Assembly: GCA_964057225.1 (NCBI GenBank)
Contig: OZ059896.1
Span: 3,224,001-3,288,000 of the forward strand
DNA from: Auanema rhodensis
Lineage: Eukaryota; Animalia; Nematoda
Reading direction: 5' to 3'
Length of the DNA: 64,000 nucleotides
The notes below the pieces were generated by a model. That model was not told where the DNA came from, made no database searches, and saw nothing but the letters and a program-made list of their open reading frames with translations. Positions 52,475-64,000 of this stretch are shown here, in pieces; the first letter of the stretch is position 1; every line of letters starts with the position of its first letter. The position numbers and the translations under genes are program-made.

Positions 52475-55400
52475 GCAAAAACGATGGACAATGTTATTCA
52501 ACGAAAAAATTAATTCTTCAGGGTGAAAATCGAGGATATAAGTGTGAACTTATATCAGTTAATATCTCGGTGCATTTTTAAGCTAGCGCAAATCTGATAA
52601 CACAGATCGACGCAGCTTAAAAAACCGCATCGAATGCACTATATTACATTGAGAAAAGCTTAATACAAAAATTAGTTATGATCGTTTGAAAAATGATGCA
52701 TTAGTGTATGTTGAGTTTCCATGTACACTCAAAATTGCTTCCAAAAACATTTTGACAAAAATTTTTTCGAAAAATTTCAAAATAATTTAGCAAAAAGTAG
52801 ATGTTTTTAGATTCCTTTTTTTAAAGCAAAAACGATGGACAATGTTATTCAACGAAAAAATTAATTCTTCAGGGTGAAAATCGAGGATATAAGTGTGAAC
52901 TTATATCAGTTAATATCTCGGTGCATTTTTAAGCTAGCGCAAATCTGATAACACAGATCGACGCAGCTTAAAAATCCGCATCGATTGCACTATATTACAT
53001 AGAGAAACGCTCAATACAAAAATTAGTTATGATCGTTTGAAAAATGATGCATTAGTGTATGTTGAGTTTCCATGTACACTCAAAATTGCTTCCAAAAACA
53101 TTTTGACAAAAATTTTTTCGAAAAATTTCAAAATAATTTAGCAAAAAGTAGATGTTTTTAGATTCCTTCTTTCAAGGCAAAAACGATGGACAATGTTATT
53201 CAACGAAAAAATTAATTCTTCAGGGTGAAAATCGAGGATATAAGTGTGAACTTATATCAGTTGATATCTCGGTGCATTTTTAAGCTAGCGCAAATCTGAT
53301 AACACAGATCGAAGCAGCTAAAAATCCGCATCGAATGCATTATACTACATGGAGAAACGCTCATCACAAAAATTAGTTATGATCGTTTGAAAAATGATGC
53401 ATTAGTGTATGTTGAGTTTCCATGTACACTCAACATTGCTTCCAAAAACATTTTGACAAAACTTTTTCGAAAAATTTCAAAATAATTTCGCAAAAAGTAG
53501 ATGTTTTTAGATTCCTTTTTTTGAGGCAAAAACGATGGACAATGTTATTCAACGAAAAAATTAATTCTTCAGGGTGAAAATCGAGGATATAAGTGTGAAC
53601 TTATATCAGTTAATATCTCGGTGCATTTTTAAGCTAGCGCAAATCTGATAACACAGATCGACGCAGCTTAAAAAACCGCATCGAATGCACTATATTACAT
53701 TGAGAAAAGCTTAATACAAAAATTAGTTATGATCGTTTGAAAAATGATGCATTAGTGTATGTTGAGTTTCCATGTACACTCAAAATTGCTTCCAAAAACA
53801 TTTTGACAAAAATTTTTTCGAAAAATTTCAAAATAATTTAGCAAAAAGTAGATGTTTTTAGATTCCTTCTTTCAAGGCAAAAACGATGGACAATGTTATT
53901 CAACGAAAAAATTAATTCTTCAGGGTGAAAATCGAGGATATAAGTGTGAACTTATATCAGTTAATATCTCGGTGCATTTTTAAGCTAGCGCAAATCTGAT
54001 AACACAGATCGACGCAGCTTAAAAATCCGCATCGAATGCACTATATTACATTGAGGAAAGCTTAATACAAAAATTAGTTATTATCGTTTGAAAAATGATG
54101 CATTAGTGTATGTTGAGTTTCCATGTACACTCAACATTGCTTCCAAAAACATTTTGACAAAAATTTTTTCGAAAAATTTCAAAATAATTTAGCAAAAAGT
54201 AGATGTTTTTAGATTCCTTCTTTCAAGGCAAAAACGATGGACAATGTTATTCAACGAAAAAATTAATTCTTCAGGGTGAAAATCGAGGATATAAGTGTGA
54301 ACTTATATCAGTTGATATCTCGGTGCATTTTTAAGCTAGCGCAAATCTGATAACATAGATCGACGCAGCTTAAAAGTCCGCATCGAATGCACTATATTAC
54401 ATAGAGAAACGCTCAATACAAAAATTAGTTATGATCGTTTGAAAAATGATGCATTAGTGTATGTTGAGTTTCCATGTACACTCAACATTGCTTCCAAAAA
54501 CATTTTGACAAAAATTTTTTCGAAAAATTTCAAAATAATTTCGCAAAAAGTAGATGTTTTTAGATTCCTTTTTTTGAGGCAAAAACGATGGACAATGTTA
54601 TTCAACGAAAAAATTAATTCTTCAGGGTGAAAATCGAGGATATAAGTGTGAACTTATATCAGTTAATATCTCGGTGCATTTTTAAGCTAGCGCAAATCTG
54701 ATAACACAGATCGACGCAGCTTAAAAAACCGCATCGAATGCACTATATTACATTGAGAAAAGCTTAATACAAAAATTAGTTATGATCGTTTGAAAAATGA
54801 TGCATTAGTGTATGTTGAGTTTCCATGTACACTCAAAATTGCTTCCAAAAACATTTTGACAAAAATTTTTTCGAAAAATTTCAAAATAATTTAGCAAAAA
54901 GTAGATGTTTTTAGATTCCTTCTTTCAAGGCAAAAACGATGGACATTGTTATTCAACGAAAAAATTAATTCTTCAGGGTGAAAATCGAGGATATAAGTGT
55001 GAACTTATATCAGTTAATATCTCGGTGCATTTTTAAGCTAGCGCAAATCTGATAACACAGATCGACGCAGCTTACAAAACCGCATCGAATGCACTATATT
55101 ACATTGAGAAAAGCTTATTACAAAAATTAGTTATGATCGTTTGAAAAATGATGCATTAGTGTATGTTGAGTTTCCATGTACACTCAAAATTGCTTCCAAA
55201 AACATTTTGACAAAAATTTTTTCGAAAAATTTCAAAATAATTTAGCAAAAAGTAGATGTTTTTAGATTCCTTCTTTCAAGGCAAAAACGATGGACAATGT
55301 TATTCAACGAAAAAATTAATTCTTCAGGGTGAAAATCGAGGATATAAGTGTGAACTTATATCAGTTAATATCTCGGTGCATTTTTAAGCTAGCGCAAATC

Positions 55401-58172
55401 TGATAACACAGATCGACGCAGCTTAAAAAACCGCATCGAATGCACTATATTACATTGAGAAAAGCTTAATACAAAAATTAGTTATGATCGTTTGAAAAAT
55501 GATGCATTAGTGTATGTTGAGTTTCCATGTACACTCAAAATTGCTTCCAAAAACATTTTGACAAAAATTTTTTCGAAAAATTTCAAAATAATTTAGCAAA
55601 AAGTAGATGTTTTTAGATTCCTTTTTTTAAAGCAAAAACGATGGACAATGTTATTCAACGAAAAAATTAATTCTTCAGGGTGAAAATCGAGGATATAAGT
55701 GTGAACTTATATCAGTTAATATCTCGGTGCATTTTTAAGCTAGCGCAAATCTGATAACACAGATCGACGCAGCTTAAAAATCCGCATCGATTGCACTATA
55801 TTACATAGAGAAACGCTCAATACAAAAATTAGTTATGATCGTTTGAAAAATGATGCATTAGTGTATGTTGAGTTTCCATGTACACTCAAAATTGCTTCCA
55901 AAAACATTTTGACAAAAATTTTTTCGAAAAATTTCAAAATAATTTAGCAAAAAGTAGATGTTTTTAGATTCCTTCTTTCAAGGCAAAAACGATGGACAAT
56001 GTTATTCAACGAAAAAATTAATTCTTCAGGGTGAAAATCGAGGATATAAGTGTGAACTTATATCAGTTGATATCTCGGTGCATTTTTAAGCTAGCGCAAA
56101 TCTGATAACACAGATCGAAGCAGCTAAAAATCCGCATCGAATGCATTATACTACATGGAGAAACGCTCATCACAAAAATTAGTTATGATCGTTTGAAAAA
56201 TGATGCATTAGTGTATGTTGAGTTTCCATGTACACTCAACATTGCTTCCAAAAACATTTTGACAAAACTTTTTCGAAAAATTTCAAAATAATTTCGCAAA
56301 AAGTAGATGTTTTTAGATTCCTTTTTTTGAGGCAAAAACGATGGACAATGTTATTCAACGAAAAAATTAATTCTTCAGGGTGAAAATCGAGGATATAAGT
56401 GTGAACTTATATCAGTTAATATCTCGGTGCATTTTTAAGCTAGCGCAAATCTGATAACACAGATCGACGCAGCTTAAAAAACCGCATCGAATGCACTATA
56501 TTACATTGAGAAAAGCTTAATACAAAAATTAGTTATGATCGTTTGAAAAATGATGCATTAGTGTATGTTGAGTTTCCATGTACACTCAAAATTGCTTCCA
56601 AAAACATTTTGACAAAAATTTTTTCGAAAAATTTCAAAATAATTTAGCAAAAAGTAGATGTTTTTAGATTCCTTCTTTCAAGGCAAAAACGATGGACAAT
56701 GTTATTCAACGAAAAAATTAATTCTTCAGGGTGAAAATCGAGGATATAAGTGTGAACTTATATCAGTTAATATCTCGGTGCATTTTTAAGCTAGCGCAAA
56801 TCTGATAACACAGATCGACGCAGCTTAAAAATCCGCATCGAATGCACTATATTACATTGAGGAAAGCTTAATACAAAAATTAGTTATTATCGTTTGAAAA
56901 ATGATGCATTAGTGTATGTTGAGTTTCCATGTACACTCAACATTGCTTCCAAAAACATTTTGACAAAAATTTTTTCGAAAAATTTCAAAATAATTTAGCA
57001 AAAAGTAGATGTTTTTAGATTCCTTCTTTCAAGGCAAAAACGATGGACAATGTTATTCAACGAAAAAATTAATTCTTCAGGGTGAAAATCGAGGATATAA
57101 GTGTGAACTTATATCAGTTGATATCTCGGTGCATTTTTAAGCTAGCGCAAATCTGATAACATAGATCGACGCAGCTTAAAAGTCCGCATCGAATGCACTA
57201 TATTACATAGAGAAACGCTCAATACAAAAATTAGTTATGATCGTTTGAAAAATGATGCATTAGTGTATGTTGAGTTTCCATGTACACTCAACATTGCTTC
57301 CAAAAACATTTTGACAAAAATTTTTTCGAAAAATTTCAAAATAATTTCGCAAAAAGTAGATGTTTTTAGATTCCTTTTTTTGAGGCAAAAACGATGGACA
57401 ATGTTATTCAACGAAAAAATTAATTCTTCAGGGTGAAAATCGAGGATATAAGTGTGAACTTATATCAGTTAATATCTCGGTGCATTTTTAAGCTAGCGCA
57501 AATCTGATAACACAGATCGACGCAGCTTAAAAAACCGCATCGAATGCACTATATTACATTGAGAAAAGCTTAATACAAAAATTAGTTATGATCGTTTGAA
57601 AAATGATGCATTAGTGTATGTTGAGTTTCCATGTACACTCAAAATTGCTTCCAAAAACATTTTGACAAAAATTTTTTCGAAAAATTTCAAAATAATTTAG
57701 CAAAAAGTAGATGTTTTTAGATTCCTTCTTTCAAGGCAAAAACGATGGACATTGTTATTCAACGAAAAAATTAATTCTTCAGGGTGAAAATCGAGGATAT
57801 AAGTGTGAACTTATATCAGTTAATATCTCGGTGCATTTTTAAGCTAGCGCAAATCTGATAACACAGATCGACGCAGCTTACAAAACCGCATCGAATGCAC
57901 TATATTACATTGAGAAAAGCTTATTACAAAAATTAGTTATGATCGTTTGAAAAATGATGCATTAGTGTATGTTGAGTTTCCATGTACACTCAAAATTGCT
58001 TCCAAAAACATTTTGACAAAAATTTTTTCGAAAAATTTCAAAATAATTTAGCAAAAAGTAGATGTTTTTAGATTCCTTCTTTCAAGGCAAAAACGATGGA
58101 CAATGTTATTCAACGAAAAAATTAATTCTTCAGGGTGAAAATCGAGGATATAAGTGTGAACTTATATCAGTT
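52475..58172 (+). repeat. 8-mer tandem duplication (2806 bp x2)
   Basis: Rare variants cagctaaaaa (53315/56121), ttattatcg (54081/56887), ggacattg (54941/57747), cttacaaaac (55071/57877) and gattgcac (52983/55789) are all 2806 apart. Confidence 0.92.
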
Positions 58173-61100
58173 GATATCTCGGTGCATTTTTAAGCTAGCG
58201 CAAATCTGATAACATAGATCGACGCAGCTTAAAAGTCCGCATCGAATGCACTATACTACATTAAGAAAAGCTTAATACAAAAATTAGTTATGATCGTTTG
58301 AAAAATGATGCATTAGTGTATGTTGAGTTTCCATGTACACTCAAAATTGCTTCCAAAAACATTTTGACAAAAATTTTTTCGAAAAATTTCAAAATAATTT
58401 AGCAAAAAGTAGATGTTTTTAGATTCCTTTTTTCGAGGCAAAAACGATGGACAATGTTATTCAACGAAAAAATTAATTCTTCAGGGTGAAAATCGAGGAT
58501 ATAAGTGTGAACTTATATCAGTTAATATCTCGGTGCATTTTTAAGCTAGCGCAAATCTGATAACACAGATCGACGCAGCTTACAAAACCGCATCGAATGC
58601 ACTATATTACATTGAGAAAAGCTTAATACAAAAATTAGTTATGATCGTTTGAAAAATGATGCATTAGTGTATGTTGAGTTTCCATGTACACTCAAAATTG
58701 CTTCCAAAAACATTTTGACAAAAATTTTTTCGAAAAATTTCAAAATAATTTAGCAAAAAGTAGATGTTTTTAGATTCCTTCTTTCAAGGCAAAAACGATG
58801 GACAATGTTATTCAACGAAAAAATTAATTCTTCAGGGTGAAAATCGAGGATATAAGTGTGAACTTATATCAGTTGATATCTCGGTGCATTTTTAAGCTAG
58901 CGCAAATCTGATAACATAGATCGACGCAGCTTAAAAGTCCGCATCGAATGCACTATACTACATTAAGAAAAGCTTAATACAAAAATTAGTTATGATCGTT
59001 TGAAAAATGATGCATTAGTGTATGTTGAGTTTCCATGTACACTCAAAATTGCTTCCAAAAACATTTTGACAAAAATTTTTTCGAAAAATTTCAAAATAAT
59101 TTAGCAAAAAGTAGATGTTTTTAGATTCCTTTTTTCGAGGCAAAAACGATGGACAATGTTATTCAACGAAAAAATTAATTCTTCAGGGTGAAAATCGAGG
59201 ATATAAGTGTGAACTTATATCAGTTGATATCTCGGTGCATTTTTAAGCTAGCGCAAATCTGATAACACAGATCGAAGCAGCTTAAAAATCCGCATCGAAT
59301 GCACTATAATACATTTAGAAACGCTCAATACAAAAATTAGTTATGATCGTTTGAAAAATGATGCATTAGTGTATGTTGAGTTTCCATGTACACTCAAAAT
59401 TGCTTCCAAAAACATTTTGACAAAAATTTTTTCGAAAAATTTCAAAATAATTTAGCAAAAAGTAGATGTTTTTAGATTCCTTCTTTCAAGGCAAAAACGA
59501 TGGACAATGTTATTCAACGAAAAAATTAATTCTTCAGGGTGAAAATCGAGGATATAAGTGTGAACTTATATCAGTTGATATCTCGGTGCATTTTTAAGCT
59601 AGCGCAAATCTGATAACATAGATCGACGCAGCTTAAAAGTCCGCATCGAATGCACTATACTACATTAAGAAAAGCTTAATACAAAAATTAGTTATGATCG
59701 TTTGAAAAATGATGCATTAGTGTATGTTGAGTTTCCATGTACACTCAAAATTGCTTCCAAAAACATTTTGACAAAAATTTTTTCGAAAAATTTCAAAATA
59801 ATTTAGCAAAAAGTAGATGTTTTTAGATTCCTTTTTTCGAGGCAAAAACGATGGACAATGTTATTCAACGAAAAAATTAATTCTTCAGGGTGAAAATCGA
59901 GGATATAAGTGTGAACTTATATCAGTTGATATCTCGGTGCATTTTTAAGCTAGCGCAAATCTGATAACACAGATCGAAGCAGCTTAAAAATCCGCATCGA
60001 ATGCACTATAATACATTAAGAAACGCTCAATACAAAAATTAGTTATGATCGTTTGAAAAATGATGCATTAGTGTATGTTGAGTTTCCATGTACACTCAAA
60101 ATTGCTTCCAAAAACATTTTGACAAAAATTTTTTCGAAAAATTTCAAAATAATTTAGCAAAAAGTAGATGTTTTTAGATTCCTTCTTTCAAGGCAAAAAC
60201 GATGGACGATGTTATTCAACGAAAAAATTAATTCTTCAGGGTGAAAATCGAGAATATAAGTGTGAACTTATATCAGTTAATATCTCGGTGCATTTTTAAG
60301 CTAGCGCAAATCTGATAACACAGATCGACGCAGCTTAAAAATCCGCATCGAATGCATTATACTACATGGAGAAACGCTCATCACAAAAATTAGTTATGAT
60401 CGTTTGAAAAATGATGCATTAGTGTATGTTGAGTTTCCATGTACACTCAACATTGCTTCCAAAAACATTTTGACAAATTTTTTTCGAAAAATTTCAAAAT
60501 AATTTCGCAAAAAGTAGATGTTTTTAGATTCCTTTTTTTGAGGCAAAAACGATGGACAATGTTATTCAACGAAAAAATTAATTCTTCAGGGTGAAAATCG
60601 AGGATATAAGTGTGAACTTATATCAGTTGATATCTCGGTGCATTTTTAAGCTAGCGCAAATCTGATAACACAGATCGACGCAGCTTAAAAATCCGCATCG
60701 AATGCACTATATTACATTGAGGAAAGCTTAATACAAAAATCAGTTATGATTGTTTGAAAAATGATGCATTAGTGTATGTTGAGTTTCCATGTACACTCAA
60801 AATTGCTTCCAAAAACATTTTGACAAAAATTTTTTCGAAAAATTTCAAAATAATTTAGCAAAAAGTAGATGTTTTTAGATTCCTTCTTTCAAGGCAAAAA
60901 CGATGGACAATGTTATTCAACGAAAAAATTAATTCTTCAGGGTGAAAATCGAGGATATAAGTGTGAACTTATATCAGTTGATATCTCGGTGCATTTTTAA
61001 GCTAGCGCAAATCTGATAACACAGATCGACGCAGCTTAAAAATCCGCATCGAATGCATTATACTACATGGAGAAACGCTCATCACAAAAATTAGTTATGA

Positions 61101-64000
61101 TCGTTTGAAAAATGATGCATTAGTGTATGTTGAGTTTCCATGTACACTCAACATTGCTTCCAAAAACATTTTGACAAAATTTTTTCGAAAAATTTCAAAA
61201 TAATTTCGCAAAAAGTAGATGTTTTTAGATTCCTTTTTTTGAGGCAAAAACGATGGACAATGTTATTCAACGAAAAAATTAATTCTTCAGGGTGAAAATC
61301 GAGGATATAAGTGTGAACTTATATCAGTTAATATCTCGGTGCATTTTTAAGCTAGCGCAAATCTGATAACACAGATCGACGCAGCTTAAAAATCCGCATC
61401 GAATGCATTATATTACATAGAGAAAAGCTTAATACAAAAATTAGTTATGATCGTTTGAAAAATGATGCATTAGTGTATGTTGAGTTTCCATGTACACTCA
61501 AAATTGCTTCCAAAAACATTTTGACAAAATTTTTTCGAAAAATTTCAAAATAATTTCGCAAAAAGTAGATGTTTTTAGATTCCTTTTTTTGAGGCAAAAA
61601 CGATGGACAATGTTATTCAACGAAAAAATTAATTCTTCAGGGTGAAAATCGAGGATATAAGTGTGAACTTATATCAGTTGATATCTCGGTGCATTTTTAA
61701 GCTAGCGCAAATCTGATAACACAGATCGACGCAGCTTAAAAATCCGCATCGAATGCATTATACTACATGGAGAAACGCTCATCACAAAAATTAGTTATGA
61801 TCGTTTGAAAAATGATGCATTAGTGTATGTTGAGTTTCCATGTACACTCAAAATTGCTTCCAAAAACATTTTGACAAAAATTTTTTCGAAAAATTTCAAA
61901 ATAATTTAGCAAAAAGTAGATGTTTTTAGATTCCTTTTTTTGAGGCAAAAACGATGGACAATGTTATTCAACGAAAAAATTAATTCTTCAGGGTGAAAAT
62001 CGAGGATATAAGTGTGAACTTATATCAGTTGATATCTCGGTGCATTTTTAAGCTAGCGCAAATCTGATAACACAGATCGACGCAGCTTAAAAAACCGCAT
62101 CGAATGCACTATATTACATTGAGAAAAGCTTAATACAAAAATTAGTTATGATCGTTTGAAAAATGATGCATTAGTGTATGTTGAGTTTCCATGTACACTC
62201 AAAATTGCTTCCAAAAACATTTTGACAAAAATTTTTTCGAAAAATTTCAAAATAATTTAGCAAAAAGTAGATGTTTTTAGATTCCTTTTTTTAAAGCAAA
62301 AACGATGGACAATGTTATTCAACGAAAAAATTAATTCTTCAGGGTGAAAATCGAGGATATAAGTGTGAACTTATATCAGTTAATATCTCGGTGCATTTTT
62401 AAGCTAGCGCAAATCTGATAACACAGATCGACGCAGCTTAAAAATCCGCATCGAATGCACTATATTACATAGAGAAACGCTCAATACAAAAATTAGTTAT
62501 GATCGTTTGAAAAATGATGCATTAGTGTATGTTGAGTTTCCATGTACACTCAAAATTGCTTCCAAAAACATTTTGACAAAAATTTTTTCGAAAAATTTCA
62601 AAATAATTTAGCAAAAAGTAGATGTTTTTAGATTCCTTTTTTTAAAGCAAAAACGATGGACAATGTTATTCAACGAAAAAATTAATTCTTCAGGGTGAAA
62701 ATCGAGGATATAAGTGTGAACTTATATCAGTTGATATCTCGGTGCATTTTTAAGCTAGCGCAAATCTGATAACACAGATCGACGCAGCTTAAAAATCCGC
62801 ATCGAATGCATTATACTACATGGAGAAACGCTCATCACAAAAATTAGTTATGATCGTTTGAAAAATGATGCATTAGTGTATGTTGAGTTTCCATGTACAC
62901 TCAAAATTGCTTCCAAAAACATTTTGACAAAATTTTTTCGAAAAATTTCAAAATAATTTCGCAAAAAGTAGATGTTTTTAGATTCCTTTTTTTGAGGCAA
63001 AAACGATGGACAATGTTATTCAACGAAAAAATTAATTCTTCAGGGTGAAAATCGAGGATATAAGTGTGAACTTATATCAGTTAATATCTCGGTGCATTTT
63101 TAAGCTAGCGCAAATCTGATAACACAGATCGACGCAGCTTAAAAAACCGCATCGAATGCACTATATTACATTGAGAAAAGCTTAATACAAAAATTAGTTA
63201 TGATCGTTTGAAAAATGATGCATTAGTGTATGTTGAGTTTCCATGTACACTCAAAATTGCTTCCAAAAACATTTTGACAAAAATTTTTTCGAAAAATTTC
63301 AAAATAATTTAGCAAAAAGTAGATGTTTTTAGATTCCTTTTTTTAAAGCAAAAACGATGGACAATGTTATTCAACGAAAAAATTAATTCTTCAGGGTGAA
63401 AATCGAGGATATAAGTGTGAACTTATATCAGTTAATATCTCGGTGCATTTTTAAGCTAGCGCAAATCTGATAACACAGATCGACGCAGCTTAAAAATCCG
63501 CATCGAATGCACTATATTACATAGAGAAACGCTCAATACAAAAATTAGTTATGATCGTTTGAAAAATGATGCATTAGTGTATGTTGAGTTTCCATGTACA
63601 CTCAAAATTGCTTCCAAAAACATTTTGACAAAAATTTTTTCGAAAAATTTCAAAATAATTTAGCAAAAAGTAGATGTTTTTAGATTCCTTTTTTTAAAGC
63701 AAAAACGATGGACAATGTTATTCAACGAAAAAATTAATTCTTCAGGGTGAAAATCGAGGATATAAGTGTGAACTTATATCAGTTAATATCTCGGTGCATT
63801 TTTAAGCTAGCGCAAATCTGATAACACAGATCGACGCAGCTTAAAAATCCGCATCGAATGCACTATATTACATAGAGAAACGCTCAATACAAAAATTAGT
63901 TATGATCGTTTGAAAAATGATGCATTAGTGTATGTTGAGTTTCCATGTACACTCAAAATTGCTTCCAAAAACATTTTGACAAAAATTTTTTCGAAAAATT

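Larger units (their letters stand above)
10317..64000 (+). repeat. 351-bp tandem satellite array (SatB), ~153 head-to-tail monomers, runs off the window end
   Basis: tctgataaca at 10320 and 10671 (period 351). Monomers are 350-352 bp, in a single orientation, and differ at a small set of recurring positions. Confidence 0.98.

Noticed and set aside
10413-57436. Recurrent 63-aa ORF MKNDALVYVEFPC...
   Set aside because: It starts at TTG and is open only in the minority of monomers lacking the TAG (mostly the tag>tcg variant) and without a 1-bp deletion. It is useful only as a variant marker.
10317-64000. CRISPR-like array (palindromic repeat plus variable segment)
   Set aside because: The whole 351 bp repeats. 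The variable parts are SNP haplotypes rather than unique spacers, and there are no cas genes.

Overview
AT-rich, non-coding, almost entirely satellite DNA. This looks like eukaryotic heterochromatin, and the retained CpGs in the main repeat suggest an invertebrate (inference). Three zones are visible. (1) 1-~9460: a 179/183-bp satellite whose orientation flips repeatedly. Diagnostic variants resolve a duplication / inverted triplication / duplication rearrangement (425-7224) and a second duplication that brackets an inverted tract (7394-10036). (2) ~7628-8200 and ~9465-10316: short non-satellite spacer DNA. It contains a perfect 24-bp inverted repeat pair (9727-9750 / 10295-10318), a possible TA-flanked MITE, whose right end coincides with the start of the next array. 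(3) 10317-64000: about 153 head-to-tail copies of a highly homogeneous 351-bp satellite. Its monomer is built from several hairpins/dyads, and the array shows local 3-, 4-, 7-, 8- and 8-10-mer higher-order repeats and spatially restricted variant domains. I found no credible protein-coding gene, RNA gene or CRISPR array; nearly all listed ORFs are by-products of the repeats. Coordinates come from manual reading and may be off by a few bases.
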